A DNA stretch of 33,388 nucleotides from Nemertoderma westbladi. Lineage: Eukaryota > Animalia > Xenacoelomorpha. The stretch lies in NCBI GenBank assembly GCA_032718475.1, contig JAUCBJ010008721.1, positions 1 to 33,388 on the forward strand, read 5' to 3'. The translations under genes were made by a program, and so were the position numbers. Positions 22,194 through 33,388 of the stretch are shown piece after piece. The first letter of the stretch is position 1, and the number at the start of each line of letters is the position of its first letter. Under the pieces are notes generated by a model, which worked only from the letters and a program-made list of their open reading frames with translations, was not told the DNA's origin and did no database searches.

Positions 22194-25100
22194 ATGACTG
22201 AGTTGATAGAAGATGATCTTGGTATCAGGGAGCGATATACCCTACCATTGCAGGCGTTTGTTGATAGTTTAATAAGCGGTGATGCTAGTCAACATGCTAC
22301 GGAGGACAATGGACGTTATATCGAACCGCCAATGTCAAAGGAACAGCTCACATGTGAATTGGAGTATAGAAAATTCACCGCTCGCCTTATGCATTGTAAT
22401 GGTACGTATATGGACTTCTTAACTACTGGTCATCCTATTGATTTACATGATACGGACGATGTAGACACCGAAAGAGAAATGATTCTGTTTAAATATCATA
22501 CCCAGCGGAGTCGGAATGATAAACTGAGAATCAAAGACAAAAATTATATTCAAAACCGACTCGAAAGAGAAGACGTTGAAGAGCCAGATAAACGCAGTGA
22601 CTTCAACAAATATTTGGAATTCTTGAGAGAAACATATCTCAATGTAGCCAGTCAACAAAATCTAGAAACTCGATATCCTCAAGGTATACCTAATATCGCC
22701 GTTCAACCCGTATAATCGTCCCGGTTTAACCCCGATACAACACGTCACCGAGGTGGAGGAGAGCGTTGTACAAAACGCGTTAGACGCTATTCTACAAAAG
22801 ATCGGAAAAAGAACCTACGATTGCTTAGATAAACGTAAATTGCAGCAACAAGTCCAAGCGGTAAAAGAATTAGGTTTACCCCAGTTTGATTGGGAAATCC
22901 AGAATCTCGAGGAAGACATCGAACTTGGACGAATCTCTACAAGAGTTTTTAGACGAACGCTTCCAACGACAAGCGGAGGAAAATCAGCTGGAGGAGAAAC
23001 ACATCGAAATGGACGAGAGAGAAGAAGCAGCTTTAGCTCAGCCAGAAGCTCAAACCTTATGACTGATCTCTATTCCAAAACCATCATTCATCCTTCGATG
23101 GTTCCCCATTTCGGAGACAAACTCTTCGCCACGGTACAACCCCAACCGGTTGATATCAACTTAAGATCTAGAGATCTTATCGCTAACGCTCCTATGTTAC
23201 AACATCTGCCAATCGAGGCCACTCGTGTCAATGGTATACTCGTTGAACCTCTGGACAATCGAGCGGATCTTGTCTGTCGTATGGTACATGAGTTAAACCT
23301 ACGTGCTAGACCTTTACCGAACTCATTTTATGGGATCAAAGACCACCCCTATTATGTCAATTTAACTCAATATTATATGGTGAAACCGGAAGATCCTACA
23401 CACAGTTTAAGGTTTCTACCACTGATAAACCCCCTAGATCTTGTTGAACTCGAACAACTACAGAAACATCTAGATCAATTGGTCAAAGTAAACTCATTCA
23501 GAAAACCTTATAATGTTTCAAGAATAGAAAAGGATATAATGCCTCCGTATATTCTCGATGGATTTATTAAAACTCGATTAGTCCATTGGAATCTCGACGT
23601 ATTATTCGAGGAAGAGAGCATACAGTGATATGGAGATGTAGAGACGTACACTACACATTATCTGAAGTATAGCGATCTACCTAATGCAAGCAAACGCGCC
23701 ACCTTATGGCATCCGGTGGGTATGACCATAGAAAACGCCACCAAAAAAGAGTTGAACAAAACTCTTACGTTATCGAAATGTATGGAGTTGTCACTTACAA
23801 TAACAAAGGTAGCGTTCCGGTTGGAGAACTGGGAACTACGCAAATGATACACATACGTGGACTAGCTGGTTCTACCTATGTGTTTACTCGAGTGTGTTCC
23901 GACGTGATCTATTATTCTTTTGAGACTCTCACCGAGATACAAAAGAAACTCCGACATGGACAATTTGAACTCGCCAGCGTTATGTTATCGATACCGAGTG
24001 CAAACTGGCCATGGGTATAGATGGATCGATGCTACCCCAGCCAGTGCTCGAGATGCTGTTTAACGAGAGAATCCTTAAAATCGGCTCAGCTGTTTATGGA
24101 GATCTCCAAAATGACTTCAGAAACATGGAGAATATCCCACATCCTTTCGTAGATACCCAGCTGATTGCTCCCTGGGCAGAAGGCCGAGGTTTCTTCCAAA
24201 CTATGTATGCCAATACATCCAGCGGCATGAATAAAGTACAACGAACCTCTATCGGACATCTTGCCTTCCAAGAATACGGACGGAATTTCAAAGTCGGAAA
24301 ACCTGTCAGCTACCAACAAGTATATGGAGATCATTATTCTTGATTATACTTCGATGGACCATTAACCGCACCTGGCGTCATTTATAGCTTCATGAGTGTT
24401 CCACTTCGTCCCTCATTAGCTATATACACTATCTTCGAGAACGCCACACTTGCTGGTTGGCTAGCCGATGTGTGCAGTCCCACTATACGCGCCCATCCCT
24501 TGTTACTTGGAACCAAGCTCGCCAAGCTAGATGAACTCAATAAGTTCATCCGATTCGAATGCTTTAGGCGCTTTCTGACTCCGTTCCGTAACGTTGATAG
24601 TCAGTTCAAGGACCGCGCTCTGACCAAGCTCAGCCTAAGAGACTCAGCTGCTGAGAAGTTAGACAGCGCTGGATTCGCCATTTTCAAAGACGTTTGTATA
24701 CAGAACTTACATTCCTTTGTTAAACAAAGACCCCGAATCCCCACAGGTTATTCTATCGTGGAAGTTCAAACAGTGGGTTCGCTTGAGGAGACAGCTACAC
24801 CTACCTCAGCTATGCAATTGGAAGACAAACCAATTTGCTTAGAGTCCGAGGAGATTCAACCCACAGCGTCCAGGAGCAGTGACAATGACTATGTTCTGGA
24901 ATGGTATCAAGGTCCACAATGTCTCACCGCATACGACTATCGGCATGCCAATTATGTTTCTAGGAAACGTTGCCGATTATGCGCATCACGAGATCACTTC
25001 ACCCCGGTGGACTCCAGTGTACCATGCTCCTACTTTAAAGATCAACCCTCCATGGAGATCTATTGCGCGTATTGTAGGCTCAATAACCTACACATCTTCG

Positions 25101-25911
25101 CAGTCTGTCCTCAATTTATGACTCAATGTCACCATTGCCAGTTTAAAGGACACGCAAGTTTCGATTGCCCCTTCAACCGAGATCTAGAAAGCGTAGACGA
25201 AATGGTTGCCCTGCGTTAAATTCGAGCCTGGGAAGCTAACGCGGATCTCCATTGCGAATCACGCCATCGGTACTACCCTGGACGGGACATGCCTATGAAG
25301 GAGGCTATGTGTTTCACCCATATCTCTTTGCTTCTGTTGAGCAAAAATCTCGCACCCCTAGCTACGAGCTAATGAAGCGTGTTGGCGAGAATATTTCGAC
25401 CAAATTTGTTTGCAAGTACCTTAGGAATATTAATCCTAACGACCTTAATTCCTATAACTTGATCAACTTCATCCGTCAAGATCCGGAATATGGTGACTTG
25501 TTCATAAACTCGCATCCAGAGCTACAGGAAGTTCATAGATGACCCTATGAATATAGAGCCCGAGAATGCGAGTTGGAAAGAACCATCAAACCGAGGAATT
25601 TTCTTACTACTCACAGTCCGCCTACCGCTCTCGTGCAAACAACTCATCAGGGACCAGTAAGAACTGCCATCCTGAAATGCACTCTAAAGGTTGTTCGACC
25701 TCATTCCACTGAGGTTGATATCGATCAACCGGGTACCTTGACTAGCGGATACACCGACCGTAACCCTAAACCTTCCGATGCAATTGTATTGCACCCCTCA
25801 CCCAGGAGTTATAGCCCTCCTAGTAAAGTGGCTCGCCCCAAAGAGAAAACTGAGTAGACTCTTACTAGCCTCAAAAAACTTCGTAAACACCGTTCACGTA
25901 AGAAGGACTAA
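22194..25911 (+). pseudogene. Decayed, intronless-looking ORF of about 1240 codons: unknown N-terminus, DEDDy-type (WRN/EXD2/Mut-7-like) 3'-5' exonuclease, three CCHC knuckles and a basic C-terminus
   Basis: Contiguous same-strand ORF pieces broken by single stops or frameshifts. Exonuclease-like segments VVTYNNKG, MIHIRGLAGSTYVF, LPQPVLEMLFNERILKIGSAVYGD, FVDTQLIA, SIGHLA, PLRPSLAIYTIFENA. Knuckles CRLC..H..C, CAYC..H..C and CHHCQFKGHASFDC. Ends LKKLRKHRSRKKD. Confidence 0.7.
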
Positions 25912-25988
25912 TAGTTTAGAGTATTTTTGTATTTTAGAAACTGTGATTTTTATATTTTATATACTTAAATCCCATTTTCTGGGAGCGG

Positions 25989-27086
25989 TGTGAAAGCTTT
26001 TGCGGACATAACAAGTCATTTTTCCGCAATGCGCAGAATACTCTAAAATAGCCCTAAATTTATCCAACTACGCGACGGGAAGGGATTGGAGCTGGTGTGA
26101 CAAAATCTATCAGCTCATTCTTTGTGGACGTGGAATTTTTCTTTGTTCTGCCTAATTCAGCCAATCAGAGCAATTTTCCCTTTATGTCTGACAGAGACCT
26201 ATGGAAACTCACGCAATGCATTACGGTCTTTGTTTACCTTTTTCTGAGCCTCAGAACGAGCTCGGAATTCTCTGTGCTTCTGTGTGGAAGTTTCAGACTT
26301 TAGCATAGGAACATCAGATGGCTTTGATTATAAGAACGTAAATCTATTACCCGATATTTACTGCTGTCACACCGCCATCCGCACTACCTTATGTTCACTG
26401 CACTATTTTATTTCTGTTTACGGTCTGTTATTAATTGTTGTTATATTAATGGATAATTGTTGTTATATTTCGAGAATACCGATAAATAATCATAAAACCC
26501 CCAATCTTCTTGATTACTGAAGGTAAGAGGAACAGGTTTACCGGTAGCAACTGCGACTTAAAATTATATTGGTTTTGTGTGAACTAAATGCTATTTCATA
26601 ATCCCATCGTGTGTCAGTTGCGATCCTCCTCATATATGATCAAATTCAGTGATGGTCGGCAGATTAGTGTGAAGTAGTGTGAAGTCGTGTGAAGTAGTGT
26701 GAAGGTAATAAAGCATCTCCTAAAGAATGCGCTATTTACGAAACTCTGTGGCCATCTAGTTGTGTTTAGTATAAGTCATAACTCTGTTTTTAAACTTAAA
26801 GCGCCACGCCCTAAAGGAACTGTTAATATTTCCCCGAAAGTAAATATATTTGTCAGAGATTATATAGTAATGATCAATCGAATAATACAGTAGGTCTACA
26901 CTGCAATAACTTTCAAGGCATCCGAATCCAGTCTCCCATACAGTGGGTGATAGGTCACGCACGGACTGGCTTCGGCTGATGTAACTTCAGTACACTAGGT
27001 AATTGTTAAAGGCTAAAGTCGATTTATAAACAAGATGACAACTAAAATTGGCAGGTTAAACTGCTAAAGGTCTAAAAGCGCGAACA
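25989..27086 (+). mobile_element. 1.1-kb LTR, probably the 3' LTR of the element carrying the exonuclease ORF
   Basis: TGTGAAAGC...GCGCGAACA is homologous end to end to the solo LTR at 29108-30250 (inverted). It is preceded by PPT-like GGGAGCGG, and its flanks (AGCGG and CACAG) do not form a TSD. Contains a (GTGTGAAGTA)-type 10-mer array near 26668-26705. Confidence 0.8.
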
Positions 27087-27545
27087 CACAGAGAGGTCGC
27101 CCGAAGGAGACCAAACTGCAGCCACCGCCTCACCGCACCCAAAACCTCTCCCAAACCCCGCTGTCTCATCCCGACCCTCTTAGAGCATAGGGTCTCTGCA
27201 AGGTGCCGGATGAATACAGCCGCCTCCGCACCCCACACACCGTCAGTGGAACACACCACCGGGGTGAAGTGCATCCTGCGGGATTCGCAGGCCTCCTGGT
27301 AGTGGGCCCGCTTGACCCTCTGGGCGAGTAAAGTCTCCGTTGAGGCGTTGGAGCGAACATAGGAAGTGGCGTCGAGAATTATAATCGATACGTCGAAAGA
27401 CTCCACTACCTGGTTCGCCCAAACACCCCTGGATACCAAATCTGCCCTCACCCCCTCCACCGCCTGCTCATCCGAGACCAGGTGACCTTCGGCCAGGGTG
27501 ACCTCCCGCTCGACGTTAGTCGCACCGAAGGCCTCCGCAAGAATC
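27087..27545 (-). pseudogene. Second CRE-like RLE endonuclease fragment, 5'-truncated and cut at its 3' end by the LTR
   Basis: VERE..., RADLVSRGVW, FDVSI, KRAHY..AC, FTPVVCSTDG, LLRATSLCV. The last residues of ORF 27056-27460 (RAFRPLAV) are read-through into the LTR. Confidence 0.8.
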
Positions 27546-27653
27546 TTTAAAGTATCTTTAAGTATCTTTAAAATACATTTACATAAAACTTAGATATATT
27601 ATAAATGTAGCCATATTATACGTTACAATACACGAAGTGGGGACTTCGCGCAG

Positions 27654-28152
27654 CACGAAGTTGGCGGAGCCTTAACGAATTGACACTGTTAGGGGGTGGG
27701 TCAATTTATGCAAATAGTTGTCGTTGTCACGTTGGCCCTCTAGCGGCAGACTGGAGAACTGCAGATGGATTCGCCTCCTTTGAAAGTCACAGCTAATGGT
27801 CTAATACATATCTGCCAAGTTTCAGCTTAAACGGATTAAAAGCAAAGAAATGGGAGGGCATTTAATGTTTAGACATGTGGCCCTCTAGCGGGAGACCATT
27901 GCACTGATGGTGTCTGAAAGTCTCTCAAAAATCTCAACTTTTGCTCATATTGATACCTACAAATTTTCAATTTGGCAGCTTTAAATCCGACAAAGTTATT
28001 AGCATGTCAAAATCGTCAAAAACGACGACGACGACGACGACAACGACGACGACGACGACGACGACAACGACGACGACGACGACGACAACTATTTGCATAA
28101 ATTGACCCACCCCCTAACAGTGTCAATTCGCTAAGGCTCCGCCAACTTCGTG
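27654..28152. mobile_element. Non-autonomous DNA element with roughly 70-bp inverted repeats and an internal (GAC)n microsatellite (MITE or Helentron/DINE-like)
   Basis: CACGAAGTTGGCGGAGCCTTA.CGAATTGACACTGTTAGGGGGTGGGTCAATTTATGCAAATAGTTGTCGT from 27654 and its reverse complement ending at 28152, with one mismatch. True termini and TSD are not resolved. Confidence 0.75.
28022..28089. repeat. (GAC)n microsatellite with AAC interruptions
   Basis: Read directly from the sequence. Confidence 0.95.
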
Positions 28153-29107
28153 GCTCGCCCCACAATAGTTTACAAACTAAAATCAGTAAATCTGGAAAAG
28201 CAGGAAATTCTTTAGAGATTTTAGTAGAAGTAAATAAAGCACCAATTTCGGTGGTAAAAAGTTAGCAAAAAGTTGCACCAAGATTGAGAAGTTTTGCTAA
28301 AGGTTTATAAATTATTTAAAATCAGAAACTATGACAGGGACTCAACTGGACTCAAAAGTTATAAAATATCTTTCAGAATTACAATTTTATTCTTCAATTT
28401 TCAATTGTTACTTTTTCGCTCGAATACACCCCAAAATCAAGAGAAAAAGTTTAACTTTTTTCCCTAGGGAAAAAGTTACACATAGGATTGCATTGATTTT
28501 AATTTTTTCCGGGCGGAAAAAGTAAAATAAAAATATTCTTGGTGGAATTTCTTAAATAGTATTAAATGAGTTGAAAGAACATCAAGTAGAAAAGGTTTGC
28601 ATGTAATTTGTGCAAAATCCATTCACACACTCAAAAGTTATTGGAACTTTAGTGTCTGTAAGGCGAACTCCAAAACGGAACTCAATATCCAATATTGGTT
28701 TAGGTTGTTAAGCGTCACTCTAGTTACGTAATTAATATTCGAGAGTAACATTTTTTTCAATATTCTCTCGACCATTTATTAACCTCGCTGCGCTCGGTAC
28801 CGGTAGATAAAATGCCTCGAGAATAATGATAAATTTTAAGCTCAACTTTTGGCCCATGTAATAAATAATTATTATTGTTTTAAGTAAAGTTACTCGTGTG
28901 AAGGAGCCATAAATTTATGTACAAATTCCGCGAAACGGATTAATTCATCTAACTGATGAAATAACTTGTAGGTTAATTTCTTGAAAAACTCGATTCGCGA
29001 AACTCGCTTCAAGAAAAATGGAGAGTTAAGCCTAATAAAGTTATCGTTGGAAAAATAACAAATTCAATTAAAAAATAACAGAAAAGCGAATCTGAGATAA
29101 AGATAAT

Positions 29108-30250
29108 TGTTCGCGCTTTCAGACCTTTAGCAGTTTAACCTGCCAATTTTAATTGTCCTTTTGTTTATGAATCGACTTTAGCCCTTACCAATTACCTGGT
29201 GTACTGAAGTTACATCAGCCGAAGCCAGTCCGTGCGCGGCGTATGACCCACGGTGTGGGAGACTGGATTCGGGTTCCTTAGGAAGTATTGCGGTAAGCTA
29301 GTTTGTATTATTCGATTGATCATTACTATATAATCTCTGATAACTATATTTACTTTCGGGGAAATATTAACAGTTCCTTTAGGACGTGGCGCTTTAAGTA
29401 TAAAAACAGAGTTATGACTTATACTAATCACAACTAGATGGCCACAGAGTTTCGTAAATAGCGCATTCTTTAGGAGATGCTTTATTAACCTTCACACGAC
29501 TTCACACTACTTCACACTACTTTACACTACTTCACACTAATTTGCCGACCGTCACTGAATTTGATCATATATAAGGAGGATTGCAACTGACACACGTAGG
29601 GATTATGAAATAGCATTTAATTCACACAAATCCACTATAATTTAAGTCGCAGTTGCTACCGGTAGACTCTTTCTCCGCTTACCTCAGTAATCAATAAGAT
29701 TGAGGGGTTTATGATTATTTATCGGTATTCTCCAAATATAACATCCATTAATATAAACAACAATTAATACAATATACAACAGCGGTAAAACAGTGCGGTG
29801 AACAGTCAGTATGTGTTCATGAAGTTCAGTTTGGTGCAATGCGTCGTATTGAGTAGAATTGGGTGTGGTTTGGTCGAGTTAAGGTGTTTCCAGGTTAATA
29901 GAATTACGATATCTTATAACTAAAGCCATCAGATGTTCCTTGGGCTAAAGTCTGAAACTTCCGTACAAAAGCACATAATTCTGAGCTGAATCTAATTCTC
30001 AGAAAAATAATAACCATAATGCATTGTGCTAGTTCTCAGGTGTGTCTCCGTTGCTATAACAGAGAAGATTGCTCTGATTGGCCGAACAAGCCAGGACAAA
30101 GAGTTCCACGTACACAAAGAATCAGCTGATAGATTTCGTCATCTTGGTTCTAAGTTCTTTCCGACGCGTAGTTGAACAATTTTAGGGCTATTTTAGAGTA
30201 TTCTGCGCATTGCGTGAGAATGACTAGTTATGTCCGCAAAAGCTTTTACA
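29108..30250 (-). mobile_element. Solo LTR (1143 bp)
   Basis: TGTTCGCGC...GCTTTTACA flanked by the 5-bp TSD ATAAT (29103-29107 and 30251-30255). It is a diverged inverted copy of 25989-27086. Confidence 0.9.
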
Positions 30251-30494
30251 ATAATGTAAATAATGTTGTAAGACGGAAAATAGTCGAACTTGGATTTCAA
30301 TTTGGATCAATCAATGTAAATGTAAATGCAGACAGCAAAATTTAACTTCAATTTGTATGGGTAAAATTATTACAGCATTAATTTCATCTTTGTATAGGAA
30401 ATCATTGTAAGATGCAATGATACTAAATCTTAATAGTTAGATATTTTTTGTATCACATAGAGCACAATATAGTTTGTGATACTTATTGAGTTAA

Positions 30495-31432
30495 GGGGGG
30501 GGGGGGTGGGGGGGGGTGGGGGGGGGGGGGGGTACCCCCAAATTGAACCTCACATTTTTGTGTCTCTGGACTCTAAAATTGGGTGAAAATTATTTTTTGT
30601 GCTACTAAACATCGTAACGACTGTGTAAGAATAACCAAACCAAATATATTTTAAATTGGCACAAAAATGGCTCCGTAATGGCCAAAAGTGCCTTTTTGCG
30701 CCAAGGGCTATTTTTCCACCAATATATGTTGAAATTTGTCAAAATTTGGGAAATAAGTTCAGAAGAACCCTGCATCCAATTAATTATTCTGAACAAATTT
30801 TGCCTCAAGTGCTCTGGAGCCGTTTTAGAACAAAAGGGCCCCAAAAAGAGCTTTTTTGGGCCTTTTTGGTATAAAAAGGCTCCAGGGCATTTCAAACCAA
30901 ATTTGTTCAGAAGAAGTATGGAGAAAGGTATTCTAAACAAGTGTACCAAATTTCAACTAATTTCCGTTAAAATTGGCGGATAAATAGCCTTTTTCATAAA
31001 AAAACGTCATTCTGAGATATAGGTGTATAAAGTTTAAGGAACAATTCAAAACTTCCCGCTATATTAGATAATACCATTTTTCTATGTTTAACAATAACTT
31101 TGTAAAAAATGAATGAAATTCCACGAAATTTGTCATGCTTGCTAAACAGATAACTAGTAAAACAACGTTTTAAGAATTTTATTAGTATCTGTACCGTGAG
31201 AGCCTTTTTTATGTAAAGGGCCCGTACAATTGTAAAATATAGTACTACTTGAAGGGTTGTCAAAAATCAGACTAGCTCTTACGTTTTGGGTAATAACTTG
31301 AGGTTGAGAAAAGATATGAGAAAACTGCTCGCAGATTTGAAATCTCCATTAAATTGGCACATGATAAAATAATTTTTTTTTGTCAATTTCCAAAATAGGG
31401 GGGTGCTACCCCCCCCCCCCCCCCACCACCCC
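30495..31432. mobile_element. Non-autonomous DNA transposon with TTAA TSD and GG...CC termini (Kolobok-like)
   Basis: TTAA (30491-30494) followed by a G-tract and TACCCCC..TTG; mirrored by CAAAATAGGGGGGTGCTA, a C-tract and TTAA (31433-31436). Purine-start termini with a TTAA TSD fit Kolobok rather than piggyBac, which starts CC. Confidence 0.7.
30787..30912. repeat. Imperfect palindrome of about 125 bp inside the Kolobok-like element
   Basis: TTCTGAACAAATTT...CTGGAGCC...CAAAAGGGCCCCAAAAAGAG mirrored by CTTTTTTGGGCCTTTTTG...GGCTCCAG...AAATTTGTTCAGAA. Confidence 0.85.
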
Positions 31433-31938
31433 TTAATTTTTCATGATAAACAACTTTGTGAACTTTTCGTGCTTTTATTTATGCAACCTGTAGACATTTG
31501 TCATTCAGAGGCCATAGACTATTATTGAAAAAGACATTAATGTAAGGGTCCAGTAGTATACCGCTTACCAGATCCTAGTAACGATGTATCTTACTATGAG
31601 ACTCTAGTAATGTATACGGGCTTGTACAGTATCTGACAACAAATCCCAGTCCAGGATATCTAAACAAACAGATATAGTACACAAACGACTACTGGCGAGG
31701 AACAGAGCCTTGTATCTATTCTATGTACGTGAGCGGGTCTAATGCCTACGTACTAGACAGAAGGATACCTGTCCTCTAACCGGTGAGGCAGATGTACAGT
31801 TACAGTAACAGACCAAACTCACGGGAAAACAATCCCCGCGCAGCGAATCCTAACTATCACTGACAGTCCTAAATACAGTAACTTGCCGCGGTGTGATTTA
31901 TATGGTTTATATACGAACTAGGTGGTTAACAGACCTAG

Positions 31939-32056
31939 TGTAACAATGCTGATCATCCCTGTCGAAATCAGCCTAAAAGTCGTGCCTAAATGTAACGATA
32001 ACTGATCCCCCCTGTACGAAATCAGTCTAAAAGGTCAGGCCTAAATGTAACAATAC
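31939..32056. repeat. Tandem duplication of about 53 bp, slightly over 2 copies
   Basis: TGTAAC.AT..CTGATC..CCCTGT.CGAAATCAG.CTAAAAG..GCCTAAA units start at 31939 and 31991, with a partial unit at 32046. Confidence 0.8.
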
Positions 32057-33388
32057 CGTTGTCCAGACAAACAACAGTTTAATAACGAAAGTGAAATACT
32101 CCTTATCTTGCCGCAATCAAATCAGATCCTAATTGTACGAATACAAATAATTTCCTCCTAACGTAATGTATAGTACGCTATAGCTAGTAGAACTTTAAGG
32201 GCGATATGTTTTAGGGCGTGTGTGTGTGGGTGTGTTACAAATAAAACAATTTCGGGTAATTCCTTTACTAGGTTTTAGTGATTTTCTGACTAAAATGATA
32301 CCGTGCGCTAGCTACTAAAATAAACTAGTCGCGTTTGTAGAACTTTATACTCACGAATGACGTCAAAGCTCTCTCCTTCCTATCCACAACCCAATGGGCA
32401 ACCACAGTGTTAGTAACTACACCCGTGATCGGCACTAATACCAGATTCTGGTTGTAAGATAAGAATAGGGGTTAATCGCTACCGTACGTTAGCTGATCTG
32501 GTATACTAATTTAATTCTAGAATTTTGTTGCTGCGGTAGTTAGCAGCAATACCTATCAGTACGTGGCAAGGCGCGGTAGGATATTAATAAACCTCCCTAG
32601 GCCAAGCAGTGTGCCGGTAGCAGAAATACTCCTTGCCTGATCAAATAGCTAACTCCAGACAGGGGGGGGGGGGTACTAATGTACGTTCTACAAAGCGAAC
32701 CGGTACCAAACAGTCAGTGCTATGAATCACTAAATTATGGAACGTATGCTGTCCGTGCCTAATGTGTACTCGCGTACTGACGAATGGCAATAGTTCGCAC
32801 CTGTAGGAAGTACAGGTTAACCCAGGGATTCGTAGGACTGACAAGAGGGGGGGTGTCTGGATATAATTATTTGATCCTAAATTTGCGGCGTCCAGTGCGG
32901 TGTCACGCTTACCCTGATCTATAGGTCTTACGGCGGGCAAGGGCGTCGAACAAAGTCTTACCTTCTCACAAAGCGGGCGCTGCATAGCAAGTGGAGTATT
33001 TCGAAGGGGCAAAGGGGGTGCGCGGTCGATCCAATGTGGGCGCTAGCGTGTTGTGGACATCCCTTCCCTGCGTTGCTTACGGCCTAACGGTCTAGGCTGC
33101 CATCTCCCTGGTGTTCGGCTGTCCCGAAGTCGGACCAAAAGAAAACATGTCAGGAAATTGCAGTATATTTACAGTTTTACAAAGGATTTATCAAACAAGT
33201 TTCAACAAGAAACCGAATTAACTAATTTTACAAAAGTAAACTGATAGAGTAACGTTGTAAGCGAAGGGGGGTAGAAGTTAACAAGAGAGAGAGTGTGATA
33301 ACCGAAGGCAAACCGGCCTTTTATACTAGAAATTGCACATGGAAACCAAACAGAAATTTCCACAGCTTCACATTTGAACCATAAAGTG

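Noticed and set aside
25989-30250. A single large DNA transposon with 1.1-kb TIRs
   Set aside because: The right arm has TG...CA ends and its own 5-bp TSD (a solo LTR), and the outer flanks AGCGG and ATAAT do not match.
26097-33244. Short ORFs in the LTRs, the Kolobok-like element and the right end (e.g. 26699-26893, 30605-30983, 32641-33012)
   Set aside because: No recognisable domains; they are consistent with chance ORFs in repeats and palindromes.

Overview
Eukaryotic window, most likely from an invertebrate animal (inferred from the TE repertoire), made almost entirely of nested, mostly decayed transposable elements. I recognise no host gene, rRNA, tRNA or CRISPR array. From left to right: an LTR terminus interrupting a CRE-like (RLE) non-LTR retrotransposon 3' end (187-1357); a full-length Mag-like Ty3/Gypsy element (1871-6841, minus strand, 140-bp LTRs, ATGAG TSD); an APE-RT LINE (about 7590-11690); a BEL/Pao integrase fragment whose 3' LTR is interrupted by a 7.7-kb BEL/Pao element that has gag-protease but no RT or integrase (13449-21140, minus strand, TATAT TSD); a roughly 1240-codon decayed ORF with a DEDDy-type 3'-5' exonuclease and three CCHC knuckles lying directly upstream of a PPT-like tract and a 1.1-kb LTR (22194-27086); a second CRE fragment; a TIR element with (GAC)n; a solo LTR of the same 1.1-kb family (ATAAT TSD); and a TTAA-flanked Kolobok-like non-autonomous element. 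The most interesting signal is the exonuclease/zinc-knuckle cargo ORF in the env position of an LTR element. All family calls come from motif recognition by eye, not database searches.
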